Positions 1 to 12,989 of a stretch of DNA of 64,000 nucleotides are shown here, one piece after another; position 1 is the first letter of the stretch; every line of letters begins with the position of its first letter. The position numbers and the translations under genes were made by a program. The stretch lies in assembly GCF_001194135.2 (NCBI RefSeq), contig NC_068982.1:64864794-64928793 (forward strand). The letters are read 5' to 3'. This stretch comes from Octopus bimaculoides (Eukaryota). The notes beneath the pieces are model-generated. The model was not told the DNA's origin and did not search any database. It was given only the letters and a program-made list of their open reading frames with translations.

Positions 1-326
1 TACATTAAAAATACACGTGTCTGTATAATATTACCTAAGCGCTAATACGATCAGATCAAACTATTTGAAATCGACGATTTAAATTTTTATTTCAACCTGC
101 GTTGTCAAGCTTTTACTTCACTGTGCTAAAAAGATATAACTACATGATATTTTCATATATCGCGCACTATAAAATTTAAATAATAAGGGTGATAAATTGG
201 ATATTAATTTAATTAACACCAATTTAAAACCAGTGGCCTAGCATAAATAAAATTCTGAAAATTCAGAAAAAATTATATTACATACATGTGAGAAGGGATC
301 ATCCCTTTTCACACACACACATACAT

Positions 327-329
327 ACA

Positions 330-385
<56 letters not shown>

Positions 386-450
386 AAAGATAAAAACTTA
401 CTTGGAGAAGGATGCGTGGCGTTCAATCATATAATAATATAAATATATGC

Positions 451-501
<51 letters not shown>

Positions 502-507
502 GTATAT
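327..507. repeat. (TA)n microsatellites
   Basis: Two direct (TA)n runs at about 327-382 and 445-507. Confidence 0.95.
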
Positions 508-721
508 AGGGAGGCAATCATTAATATACTATATGCGCACATAATCAGAACAAACGTGGATTTAAATAATCGAACATAGAGCTCATTATACACATACGCA
601 CTGACATGTTTGTGAACTCATAAAATATTTTAAAGGAAATGATTAAATTGAAATACAGTTTTAAATTTGGGTGTTGGTTTTATTTCTAGTCATTTATTTG
701 TCCTTCCTCCGCTTATCTGCC

Positions 722-751
722 ATGTCAAGTTTTGACTCGTTTAAACCTGTC
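722..751 (+). CDS. Candidate first coding exon fragment (MSSFDSFKPV), product unknown
   Basis: Acceptor-like ttttatttctAG at 688-689, then gccATG at 722, 10 codons, and a donor-like GTTAGT at 752, inside the CpG-retaining region. No recognisable homology and no confident downstream exon. Confidence 0.2.
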
Positions 752-2696
752 GTTAGTTTTCATTTTTTTTAAACCTGAAGATTGTTGATTCCCCTCTCCC
801 CGCGATATACTGACTAATTCTTCTAGCTGTGTTGAATGCATGATAACACTTGCACCCTTTCTTTTCTTGTATTTTACTTCCTATTTTGTCTCTCCTTTGT
901 TTTGTGTCGCTATCGTTTGCACATACGCGCGTAAATTTTCTCCGTTCATACACCTGTTTTTTTAATATTTCACTCTCTCCTTTTCTCACATGCTTTCCTT
1001 ATGTCTCATTTCTCTTTATCGTCTCCAATACATAATTTTCTTCTTTCTTCTCTTCCCTCCTAATACCCTTTCTCTCTCACTCATTCTCTCCGTCTTTTTC
1101 ATTCACGTTTTCTTTTACGCTTTCTAACATGCACACTTTGTGTCATTCTGTTTTGCACGGCCCCTCCTTTACCTCTGACACGATCTTTCTACATTTAACG
1201 GCTATTCTGGACATTATATATATGCTTCTTTCTCTCACTGACCCTCCTGTTCCCTCTCACCACCACTATTATCACCTTCTCTTGATTTCACTATGGACGA
1301 ATGATTTATTATACTCTTCTTTACTCTGGCCATGACTTGATTCATTAATCTGTTTTTCAAAATCTATCGATTCCTGTCCATTTCGTAGATCAACTGAAAG
1401 CGTGCGCACGCGCGCCCACAAACACACACCTACTCTCACATCTTCCACCTTCACGTACATTAGCTTACTATTGTTGCGTCGGCATTATGTTTAGAGGACA
1501 CAGAATGTGTTACTCCAAATATCTTAACCTAACTCATTCTTTAAACAGAAACACGTCCATATGTGTATATATGTGAGTGTGTGTGTATGCGTTAACCTTG
1601 ATTGGAACCTACATGTAAAGGTTTCGTACATTCATCCTTGCCCTGTCAGCTGTACTCAAACCTTTAAGTATGGGTTTGTAATCTTGGTTACTATATACAC
1701 ATTAGATTCCACACGCTACCAGTATAATGTTTATTGCATGAAACCGTTAGACATGAGTTTGGAATTCTGGTTGCTACATACGCAGAATTAACTATACTTT
1801 ACTATTACAAGACTGTGTTGAGTTCTTTCTGCAATGAGACTCTCGCGTGTGTGTGTGTGTGTGCATCTTTCTAAAAACAAGTGTTTGTGTTGCAGCCTTA
1901 TGTAGCCTGCTACCTAACAGTTCAGCAAAGCGCGACCGATAAAATATTGAATTTTATCGGTAACACGGGTCAAATGCTTGGATGTGGAACCACAGCATGG
2001 CTGCTCTTCAATGACGAACCAATAAAAGATTACTCCCACCCACTCTTGTCTAATGCGAGTAGCCATGTATCTCTTCTAGAGTCACAAATCTGTTGCGACT
2101 TCTTCCTCCACACTCTAACGTCTAACCTCTTACAGCAATCACGTGATATGAAGACAAGGAGACACTAACTCTCTCTCATGCATGTACGTATGCACGTACG
2201 TACGTACATACATACCAAGCTTTTAGTTTTTGTTTACCAAATTTACTCACAAGGCTTTGGTCGGCCTAGGGTTATAGTAGAAAACCCTTGCCTGAAGTGC
2301 CAGTGGAGCTGAACACAGAACCACACAGGTATGCCTGTACATATGATATAGATTTGTCACACACGTAAGGCAAGGTTTTGGACAATACAGCGTTATGGCC
2401 AAATATACTTTTAGAAGATTCTAAAGAAATGGACTGGTTTAAATGATACTTCATGCTTTCAGATGATCATGTACTACTATTTATCAAGTACCAAGAGGGT
2501 CTGGTTTAATTACTTATAGTAAAACATCACAACAACCAAATTCACTAAAATCACACTATCATCTTAAAAAGAAGGACACATACAAGACAGGATGGTCATG
2601 GATTGGAATGACTATCCAGTCATTCCAGCTATGGCCAGCTTTCTCCTTATCCATGCCTGCCCAATCAAGACTGAAGTTTCTTTTATAACAGAGGTT

Positions 2697-3090
2697 TCTT
2701 TTACTCTTTTACTTGTTTCAGTCATTTGACTGTGGCCATGCCGGAGCACCACCTTTAGTCGAGCAAATCGACCCCAGGACTTATTCTTTGTAAGCCTAGT
2801 ACTTATTATATCGGACTCTTTTGCTGAACCGCTAAGTTACAAGGACGTAAACACACCAGCATCGGTTGTCAAGCAATGCTGGGGGGGACAAACACAGACG
2901 CACAAACACACACACACACACATATATATACATACACATATATACGACAGGCTTCTTTCAGTTTCCATCTACCAAATCCACTCACAAGCTTTGGTTGGCC
3001 CGAGGCTATAGTAGAAGACACGCAGTGGACTGAACCCGGAACCATGTGGTTGATAAGCAAGCTACTTACCACACAGCCACTCCTGCGCCT
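2697..3090 (-). mobile_element. tRNA-derived SINE, family A (young)
   Basis: The reverse complement starts aggcgcaggagtggctgtgtggtaagtagc (A-box-like) then ggttcagtcc (B-box-like), has an internal AT/GT microsatellite and ends in the gactgaaacaagtaaaagag tail. Near-identical to six other copies in the window. Confidence 0.9.
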
Positions 3091-3329
3091 ATGTTTATTA
3101 CAGTTTTTTTTTTTTTTGTGGGAGCAGTGTTGGTGGGATGATCTTTGGCTTCTATTAATCTAGGATATTTGTCTATATAGCTTAATGTTGTAAGCATCAT
3201 GCCATATATAGTTCAGGGGAAATTCTTATAAATGCTTCTAAATTGGATTGCAGTATATCAGTAAACTTTTAAATACTTAATTCTCTGAAGTCTTAACACA
3301 TTAAAAACAAAACTACTCAATATATATCT

Positions 3330-3547
3330 TTTCTACTTTAGGCACAAGGCCCGAAATTTTTGAGGAGGGGGTGCCAGTCGATTAGATCAACCGCAGTATG
3401 CAATTGGTACTTAATTTATCGACCCCCCCAAAAGGATGAAAGCAAAGTTGACCTCGGCAGAATTTAAACTCAGAACGTAAAGACAGATGAAATGCTGCTA
3501 GGCATTTCGCCCGGCATGCTTACGTTTCTGCCAGCTCGCCGCCTTCC
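3330..3547 (-). mobile_element. tRNA-derived SINE, family C
   Basis: Reverse complement ggcggcgagctggcagaaac...ctgagtttaaattc...tttgctttcatcc...gataaattaagtacc matches the family C arrays at 18 kb and 28 kb. Confidence 0.85.
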
Positions 3548-4451
3548 AGTCAATATATGTCAGGCCATGAGTCATGTTGGTTATTGAATCTCTCTCTGCC
3601 ATTCCAGCGATTGATCTAATAAATTGTCATTTAACCAACACCACACATCTCTTTCATAATGGGACTGCTGAAACTACTAGTTTTGATGATTGTAGACAAC
3701 GGGACAAATTTAGGAGAGTATCTAGTCAATTATGTCATTCTCAGTACTTGGGTTTTATGGTTTATTTTATTGACCCGTGGCAGGATGAAAGGCAAAGTCA
3801 ACATGAACAAGGATCAAAGTCAAAATAAGGAGATGTGACTATATTCTAGCATTTTGTCCAATGCTTATCTATCTTTAGAAGACTAAATGATTATATGAGA
3901 TAAAAGTTTGTTTTTTCAACATTTGTCATGTAACTTCCTACAGTAACTATGAGTGAACTCCAGCCCTGACAATAACACAGGAATGGCAACACTTTGTATC
4001 CAATATATTCTTCTCCTCCCTGGCCCAATTCTTATTTCCTTCACTTGTCCCCAAACTTAAATTCACCATTGACTATGATCTCTCCCTTGTTTGCTGTTCT
4101 CTGCATCCTCTGTATTGCTATATTCCTTACCTCTACCCATCTGTCAATCACATCACACTTTTGCAAATGTACCTGATTCTCTGTCCCTATCCCTTCCACC
4201 TGTTCCCCTGTCTCCATTCACCCTTGTGTACCTTGAGGGTCCATCTTGATACCTCATTAATACTATCGTCTTACCTTTTCCAGCTGGGATAGCCATGTAT
4301 CTCCTCTGTGGTGAGACGGTAATTGAAAGAAGCCCATTGAATGTGTGTGTGCATGAGTGGTTATTATTATTTGGTTAGTTTGTTGTTGGATTATACTGGG
4401 ACTGTTAGCTGCATTGACATTGAATTTCTGAATGTTACTGTATTAGATATC

Positions 4452-4452
<1 letters not shown>

Positions 4453-4506
<54 letters not shown>

Positions 4507-4597
4507 NNNNNNNNNNNNNNNNNNNNNNNNNNNNNNNNNNNNNNNNNNNNNNNNNNNNNNNNNNNNNNNNNNNNNNNNNNNNNNNNNNNNNNNNNNN

Positions 4598-4647
<50 letters not shown>
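4453..4647. repeat. (CT)n microsatellite spanning an assembly gap (N 4507-4597)
   Basis: Direct reading. Confidence 0.95.
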
Positions 4648-4657
<10 letters not shown>

Positions 4658-5116
4658 TATTTTATGCATATTTGCCAATATACCAAATCATTATTTAACT
4701 ATGTTCCCCACCAACTTCCTATAATCTCTCTATGCACCTTGTACCTTGAGGGTATGTCCTGATAGTTCTTCTCCACCATCCTTTTTTTCCTTTCCTGCTG
4801 TGGTACCTATGTATCTCTTCTACAAGACACCAGTTCCCGTCCCTCATTCCTACTTTGGACTCTGAACACCTGGTACAAAGCTACCTACTACAATACTAGC
4901 TGCCCACTTCACTCTAGGAAGGAATTTTGTCTTGTGTATTACTTGGTGACCCCTATTTGTGCTGCTTATACCATGAAAAATGCACCTAGTGCACTCTGTA
5001 ATGTGTTTGATGTTAAGAAGGCCACCTGGCTGTAGAAACCTTGCCAAAGTAGATGTTGGGCTAGCTGGAGTCTTTCGAACAGTCTAGCCCATGCCTGCAT
5101 GAAACCTGGATATTAA

Positions 5117-5339
5117 CCCTTTAGCATTTACACCAGCCACATCTGGCCAAGATATGGCTCCCTGTTTTATACTCAAACTGATCAAATCCAGCCTTTCACA
5201 TCTACCCTACAATGTAAGTCCAAAAAATCTACAGCCACATAGACTGAAATCTCAAGGCTACAGGATAATGCAGGAAAAATTCAAAACAATGTAAATAAAT
5301 AAGTGTTATATTTGAAAGCGTTATTTGAATGCTAAAGGG
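5117..5339. mobile_element. piggyBac-type MITE
   Basis: TTAA at 5113-5116 and 5340-5343. Terminal inverted repeats ccctttagcatt / aatgctaaaggg. Isolated ends of the same family occur at about 11106-11121 and 47174-47260. Confidence 0.85.
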
Positions 5340-7609
5340 TTAAATGATGATGTTGATGATGATATCCCTCTACAGTCTGAATTTGAATCCTGCTTGCTTC
5401 ATATTAACTTTCCATCTCTGCAAGATCAATAAAATTAGTTTCAGTAATGTACTGGAGTTAAGTTCAGAACATTAACCCTATCTCTTATAAATTTATGAGT
5501 GGCCTTATAGCAAAGGGAATAAACATTATTTATATACACTGATTTTACTCTATAATAATACATTTCAGACATCTAAAATAGAGAAAGAAGACTGAAGACT
5601 ACTATATAATACTGCATGTATGTACACATACACACACGATTACAGACTCATAACTGGATATACTCCTGCACATAGTTGCATATACACACTCACATAATGA
5701 TAGATCCCCCACTAGTTCCACCTACAAGCATTCAGTTGTTTGGTAATCTGAACTACCAACTTATTAAATTAACGTACAAGTGGCTGAATATTCCACATAC
5801 ATATGTACCATTCATGTAATTCCTGTACTCAGTTAGTATAACACAATATGTGACAAGGCTAGATCTTTTAATTACAAATACAATCCCAACAGTTTCCATC
5901 CAACCATTTTCACTCATATACTTTGGGTTGACCTGAAGCTATTTCAAAAGACAATTGCTCAACATGCTATACTGCTGGATTGAGCCGGGGACCTTACGAA
6001 TAGGAAATGAACTTGTTTAACTACTCGGCCATGCATATGATTACATAAACATACCTGATTGCAGATACATAAATATTACAAGCTCACACATTTGATTATA
6101 TATGTACACTATTGACATGAGTGTGGCTATATGGTTAAAACTTTGCTTCCCAACCACATAGTTTCAGGTTCAGTCCCACTGTGTGGTACTTGGGGAAAAT
6201 GTCTTCTACTATAGTTCCAAGTTGACTAAAACCTTGCGAGTAGATTCTTAACCACACAGCCATCCCTCTCATTATCTTTACATTCATATTTGCTGACATT
6301 GGTTGAATATGCCTGCAATACAACATCCTGCTCTATATCTAAATCCTGCATTATATTGATGTGTATATGTAAAATATACATGTATACATATATCATAAGA
6401 CATACAGTGTATTTGATTACTTTTGATTATTTTTTTAATTCTATAATATTGAACACAATGTTGATTTACTGAAAAAACACCTATTCATTCTAGTATGCAG
6501 TCATTAAAGCTAAACGCAGGCTATGTAAGAGGGCTATAGTAGCCTGTATTACTGCAAAACTTAAATAAATATAGAAAAACATTGAAGTTTTTTTGTAAAG
6601 ATATTCAGCTGTTTCCCATTATCTCCATGCTTGAAAATGAAATTGTCAGAGAGTATTGGATTAAATACTTTGTAGAATGATGCTTGGTGCCCCATGCATC
6701 TGAGTTCAAATTCTACTTAGCAGGGTTCACTCTACAATCAGTAATTAATTGAGTTGTAAAATTTAGACATAAATAAATAATACCCCCCCCCCCCCAAGGA
6801 AATGTTAAAGATGGGATGGGCACATTTGGAACACTTTGGATTATTCTCTGCTGACCTGGGGCTAAATAGTAACAACTTTGATATACTGCAGAGATGACAT
6901 TTATAACATAGAGCAATTGTCTTTTATGACTGTGCTTTAGTTAATTATTAAAATTAATTTTATATTGGAATTGGTGAATAATAGTGTCATTGATTGCAGG
7001 TTTCCAATGGCCTTATCACTGTATTTTTGACAGGGAAGGTGACAAGGAACTATCTATAAACTGAGGCAGAACAAATATCATATGAGACTTTGCTCAAAAA
7101 GCACCAGTTTTTCTGTTTTACTTGCTAATGTTAACATACATTTATGACAAGATATACATATATACTTATATGTGTTTATTGTTATTGCTTTAAGGTATTC
7201 TTTTCCATGTTTGTATGGGTCAGACAGAATTCATTGAGGCAGATTTTTCTATGGCAGGATGCTCTACCTCACCTGTTTCCAAATATAATATTCCCCCATC
7301 ATCAGCCATCATCATTATCATTTAATGTCTGTTTTCCATACTGGCATGGGTTAAATGGTTTGACAGGGTCTGGCAACCCAGAAAACTGCATCATGCTTCA
7401 CCGTCTATTTTGGCATGCTTTTTACAGCTGGATGCCCTTTCTAATGTCAACCACCTTACAAAGTTGACTGAGTGCTTTTTATGTGGCACCAACACAGGCG
7501 AGGTCTGTTTCAGCATGGTTTTTATGGCTGCACAGAAGACTGGAAATATGAAGGAGTCTGCTTGTATGACAGTGATTCTCATTTATAACTATCTGATCAT
7601 GCAGTGAAA

Positions 7610-8089
7610 TCGAACCTGAAACTAAACTTCTTGTCTACACTGATACACTCCTTGGAGAGAAGGCGGGAGAGGTATGCAGTAATATACATCTGGAATATCC
7701 TGGAAGGAATTGTGCCAAATTTTGGCATTGAAAGCTACACCAATGCCAGAACGGGACGACACTGCACAGTGTCAAAGATCCCAGCAACACCATCGCACTT
7801 CAGGATCAGTTACTGCAACAGCTTGGGTTTCAGGGGCACACAGCTTTTTAATATTCTCCCAAAGGGCATGAGGAACCTGCACAAAGATGTAGGCGTTTTT
7901 AAATCAAAGCTGGACCTCTTCCTGTCGAGAGTCCCAGATGAACCTACCTCACGGCAAGAAGTGCAAATGAGGGTAGCTACATCAAACTCCATTCTTCACC
8001 AAGTGGCACATATTGGAGGAGGATCTCAGTAATAAAAGTGTAGCAAAACGATGGTGCATCAGCATGGCAGCAGCTCTGAGCTGAGACTG

Positions 8090-8120
<31 letters not shown>
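7610..8120 (+). mobile_element. 5'-truncated CR1-type LINE: RT C-terminus, 3' UTR and poly(A)
   Basis: Translation SLERRRERYAVIYIWNILEGIVPN...RGTQLFNILP...FKSKLDLFLSRVPDEP is typical of a CR1-group ORF2 C-terminus. Stop at 8030-8032, a cagctc-t-gagctg hairpin, and an A-run at about 8094-8120. Confidence 0.8.
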
Positions 8121-8121
<1 letters not shown>

Positions 8122-8138
8122 TTATATATATAATATTA

Positions 8139-9604
8139 GTTTTTGTATGTGGCAGATGTTCAGGTGCAATAAACACTGAAAATGTGCAGAAAACAACTTC
8201 TGCCACATTCCAGGGAGAAAAACTGGGCGTAGTTGACAGCTTCCGATATCTGGGTGACCAAGTTAGTAGTGGGGGAGGGTGCACTGAAAGAATAAGAATA
8301 AGAATAGCCTGCTAGAATAAGAATAGCCTGCTAGAATAAGAATAGCCTGCTAGAATAAGAATAGCCTGGGCAAAGTTCAGAGAGCTCTTACCTCTGCTGG
8401 CAACAAAGGGCGTCTCTCTCAGAGTAAAAGGCAGACTGTATGACGCATGTGTCTGAACAGCTATGCTACATGTCAGTGAAACATGGGCTGTGACTGCTGA
8501 GGACATGCGTAAGCTCGCAAGGAATGAAGCCAGTATACTCCAATGAATGAGTAATGTCAGTGTGCATACCCGACAGAGTGTAATTATCTTGAGAGAAAAG
8601 TTGAACCTAAGAAGCATCAGTTGTGGTGTGCAAAAGAGACGACTGCGCTGGTATGGGCATGTGGCGAGAATGGATGAGGATAGCTGTGTGAAAAAATTCC
8701 ACACCCTAGCAGTTGAGGGAACCCATGGAAAAGGCAGGCCCGGGAAGACCTGGGATGAGGTGGTGAAGCATGACCTCCGAACATTAGGCCTCACCGAGGC
8801 AATGACTTCTGACTGAGACCTTTGGAAATATGCTGTGCGTGAGAAGACCTGGCAAGCCAAGTGAGACCAAAATCCAAGGCCTTTGCCAGGGATGTAGCCA
8901 GCCCACTTACGCATAACATTCCTTCATTGGACACTAAACTCCGCTTGCGAAGACCTGTTGAGGCAAGTGAAATCGAAATTGAATTAAATTTGTAGACTGG
9001 CACCCATGCCAACGTCTCTTCATTGAACACTAAACTCGGCTTGCGAAGACCTGTTGGGGTAAGCGAAAGTGAAATCGTGATGGCACCTGTACCAATAGAT
9101 CACTAAGAGCACCGTCCGAGCATGATCGTTGCCAGAGTACCAGCTGTCTGGCTTCCATGCCGGTGGCACGTAAATAGCACCATTTGAGCGTGATCGTTAC
9201 CAACGTCGCCTTCCTGGCACTTGTGCCAGTGGCACGTGAAAAGACATTCGAGTGAGTTCGNNNNNNNNNNTCCTGGCACTTGTGCCAGTGGCACGTGAAA
9301 AGACATTCGAGTGAGTTCGTTGCCAGTAGCGCTGGACTGGCTCCTGTGCAGGTGGCACATAAAATACACCATTTTGAGCGTGGTCGTTGCCACTAACAGC
9401 TGACTGGCATTTGTGCCGGTGGCACGTAAAAGCACCTGCTACACTCTTGCAGTGGTTGGCGTTAAGAAGGGCATCCAGCTGTAGAAACTCTGCCAAATCA
9501 GATTGGAGCCTGGTGTAGCCATCTGGTTCACCAGTCCTCAGTCAAATCGTCCAACCCATGCTAGCATGGAAAGCGGACGTTAAACGATGATGATGATGAT
9601 GACG
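8139..9604 (+). mobile_element. 5'-truncated RTE-clade LINE: inactivated RT C-terminus plus about 740 bp repeat-rich 3' UTR and (GAT)n tail
   Basis: Translation FVCGRC...VDSFRYLGDQ...RIAWAKFRELLPLL...LRWYGHVARMDED...GRPGKTWDEVVKHDL...REKTWQAK* (stop at 8862-8864). Premature TGAs, a 19-bp tandem expansion at about 8291-8368, and a gatgatgat tail at about 9588-9604. Confidence 0.9.
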
Positions 9605-9625
9605 ACCATAAATATGTATATATTT

Positions 9626-9629
<4 letters not shown>

Positions 9630-9708
<79 letters not shown>

Positions 9709-9790
9709 GTATATATAAATAATGTATATATATATTATATATATATTATACATATGTATATATACTATACATATATATATATATATATAT
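9630..9790. repeat. (AT)n microsatellite / low complexity
   Basis: Direct reading. Confidence 0.95.
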
Positions 9791-10224
9791 TACATAGTTT
9801 CAGCTTAGAGCTGTGGCTAGTCCATCTCAGGTTCACCGATCGACAGCTCAGTGGAGTCAGGCAATGTCAGATGAAGTGCTTTGCTCAAGAACACAACACT
9901 ACTGGTTCAGTAATTGTAAACACTATCTTGCAGTGAATGCATCATCCTCACTACTACTACCCCTATCCCCCACTCACTACACCCCCCACACACTTACATC
10001 ATTATCATTTTAACATCCGTTTTCCATGCTGACATAGGTTAAAAAGTGTGACAGTAGCTGGTAGTGCTTGGGAGGTGTTCCAGGTTCCATTGTTCGTATT
10101 GACATGGTTTCTATGACTGGATGCCCTTCGTAATGCCAAGCAGCCATAGAAACCTTGTCAAAACAGATTTTCCATATTGTTGTATAATCCAAATCAGGTG
10201 TGATTGTAGAGAACTGATCAATGG

Positions 10225-10600
10225 AATTTTGTCTTTATTATGGAACTATTGTCCTTATTATGGAACTATTGTCCTTAGATTTATTATGTATATGCTGCTC
10301 TAAAACTTACTATGGATATATTACACTAAATTTATTGTGGATATGTAGCCTGAACATTCATTGTAGGTGTGTTGTCCGAAAATGTGTTGTGGATATATTT
10401 GAGTCTGTGATTTATTGCAAGTGTGCTACCTTAGATTTCCTATGATTTATTGTTAGTTTATTATAGTCTAGATTTATTGTCATTAGACTTAAGATTTATT
10501 GTGTCTATGAACGTGTGTGTTAGAAGATTTTTTGTGGTTGTTTTATGAGAAGATTTGTTGGGTGTGTTGTCCTAAAATTTATGTAAAATATGTTACTCAG
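10225..10600. repeat. Degenerate minisatellite
   Basis: Recurring agatttattgt...tgttgtcc motifs and an exact ttattatggaactattgtcc duplication. Confidence 0.55.
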
Positions 10601-11589
10601 AAATTCAAAATGTATGACCTTGCCTTAAAGACACTGAGCTACACCATCATCTAGGTATGGATGGCATATAGATCAAGTTGAACTACTATTAGAAAAGTCC
10701 TCTGAAGTTCATTTATGTAATGTATTTCAATTATATTGGTCAGTTGAAATGATTGACATGTATTAATTGCAATGTCTTCTTCGTGTCTTGGTGTAAAATT
10801 TTTATGAAAATTTGTTTTACTTTATGATATCTAAAGTTGACGGCATCAGAGTGAAAGCTGGTTACAGTTCCAGAGGAACCTTGAATGGAATAAATAGTTA
10901 TTGCTGAAAATAGGCAAAAGCATGGTTGTGGTTAAGAATCTTGCTTCCCAATCATGTCGTTTATGGTTCAGTCCCACTGTGCGGCACCTTGGGCAAGTAT
11001 CTTCTACTATAGCTCCAGGCTGACCAAAGAATACTGTTGTACATATTTATATATATATATGTGTGTGTTTCTGTGTATCCTTGTCAAGGATACATGGCTG
11101 GTTTAAATGCTAAAGGGTTAAACTTCTTTCTCACCTTGCCTTATCTGAACAGCGCATTGGCTGTGAGATTAAGGAGCTAGAATATTGACCATTGTACTGC
11201 CATTAGTATTGCCATTGACCATTATTACTGCCATTGTGTTGTGCTCCAGAGCAAGGCACCTAATTCTGCTTATTCCAATTTGCCTGGCTGAAAAAAAAAA
11301 AAAAAATCCCATAAAATCCCACCCCCGAGTCTCCATTACTACTTAGCAATAATAAAGGCAATCAGCTGTAAATACAATTGTTCCAGAGAATAAAAACCAT
11401 TCCATTCATAGAAAAATGAATGAGAAACAATAAAAAAAAAATAAACAAAGCATAGAGATGAAATTCCTTTGTAGATAATTATAAATTTTTTTTATTAGAA
11501 CATCTAAATACAAAGAAACAGGAAAGAAAAAGAAAAGAAAAAGAAAAAATGGCGAAGAGTAAAGCAGTGGAGGGAGAGGGGGTGACTGA

Positions 11590-11965
11590 CCAGATATCCC
11601 AGAATAAGTGGGATGCTCAGCTGTGTCTCGCAGTGATGGCATTGCTGCAGAGAATAGTCAGTGACACTTGTTGCTGCAGATGCTACTCCACCTCATGGGG
11701 CTCATTTCTCTAACTGGCTGCTGTTATCCCTATTTTGCAGAGGAAATTGATAGTATGGGGTCCTAGAACAACTGATGTCTCTCCTCTGTGTTATGGGTGG
11801 TGACACCCAGTTTGCAGCAGATGCTGCAAGGTTGGGGCCAGAGAATGTTACTGCATGTTGCATCCCAGACTAGAGATCTGCCTCTGTTTAGAATGGGAAG
11901 AGGGTTATCCTGTTGGGGCACTTAATGTTCCTGCAGCTGAGACCTACTGGCTCAACTTGAGCCAG
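11590..11965 (-). mobile_element. Decayed CRE-clade (restriction-like endonuclease) non-LTR retrotransposon C-terminus
   Basis: Minus-strand translation EPVGLSCRNIKCPNRITLFPF*(frameshift)RGRSLVWDATCSN...LTILCSNA matches the CRE motif EP.GL.R.DG.RPDG.TL.PW..G..L.WD.T...QRGNA as recalled. Confidence 0.65.
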
Positions 11966-11974
11966 GAAGCTAAC

Positions 11975-12460
11975 CATGTCAATATTGAACTTTATATGGA
12001 AATATTTATACAGTATTCATCATCATCCATTTTTCCCTGCGTGCATGGGTTTGACAGAATTTATTGAAGTAAATTTTCTATGGCATAATGTCCTTCCTGT
12101 TTTCAACCTTCACCTGTTTCCAAATAAGGTAATATTTCCATATGATCAGACATATTTTCATGGAAGATTGGAAACAAAGGGCACTGTTCACATGATGGTA
12201 ACACGTGTTTACAACTATTACATGATGTCAAGGCAAGGAAACATTAATGCACAAACACACAGGGCATTCAAAAGCTCTCTCTCTCTTTCTTTCTCTCCCT
12301 CTCTCTCCCTCCCTCCCTTCTCTCTCACACACACACATGTGCATAGATACATATATACATAATAGGTTTCTTTCAGTTTCTGTCTACCAAATCTACTCAC
12401 AAGGCAGTTTTAATGAGCTCAGGGCTATAGTCGAAGACACCCAAGGTACCATGCAGAAAA
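11975..12460 (-). mobile_element. Older SINE with family A head and alternative RTE-like (GAT)n tail (A')
   Basis: Shares the head (gactatagc...ccttgtgag...gaaactgaaagaa) with family A. Its tail ggaaacaggtgaagg...catgcacg...gatgatg is shared with 24380, 37440, 52140, 52920 and 56180. Confidence 0.7.
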
Positions 12461-12989
12461 GTATAGAACACACACACATACTGATACAGCACTATATATA
12501 ACAGGTGGTATTAGCAAGGGTACAGATATAACTGATATATAAAATGAATACCTGTAGAGGGCGGCAGTATACAACCAATGCCAGTCTAGAAATTGGATAT
12601 AAATCAATGATTAAATGTCTGAGTATCTGAGATCAGTTAATGTTAATACGATTATAATTTTTCAGACTATTGAACTTGTCTTTAGAGATGAAACATCTTT
12701 TAATATGATTATCTTTATTTCACTACAGGATGGTGAGCAGGTAGAATTGTTAGTGTCAGGAAAAATGCCTTGTTGTATTTGTTTTGGCCTTTTTTGTTCT
12801 GAGTTAAACTTCTGCTAAGGTCCATTTTATCTTTCATCTTTTTAGGATCAATAAAATTAAGTAGAAACCAAGTATTGAGGATGAAAGTATTAACTTACCC
12901 TTTCACCACAAAATTATTAGCCTTCTGCTTAAATTAGAAATATTATCTTTATTTCATTATGATTCATTTTGTTTTGATCACTAATCACT

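Larger units (their letters stand above)
1..2000. promoter_or_regulatory. CpG-retaining region, possible promoter / 5' end of a large host gene
   Basis: CpG is visibly frequent in unique sequence here (acacgtgt, tcgacga, atcgcgca, gcgtgcgcacgcgcgc, gcgcgaccg) but scarce in unique sequence downstream. A long + strand pyrimidine tract lies at about 860-1130. Judged by eye, not computed. Confidence 0.3.

Noticed and set aside
8312-8914. 200-aa minus-strand ORF
   Set aside because: Antisense shadow of the RTE reverse transcriptase.
9212-9319. 49-bp direct repeat on either side of a 10-N gap
   Set aside because: Identical sequence flanking a round-number gap is most simply an unmerged contig overlap, not a real duplication.
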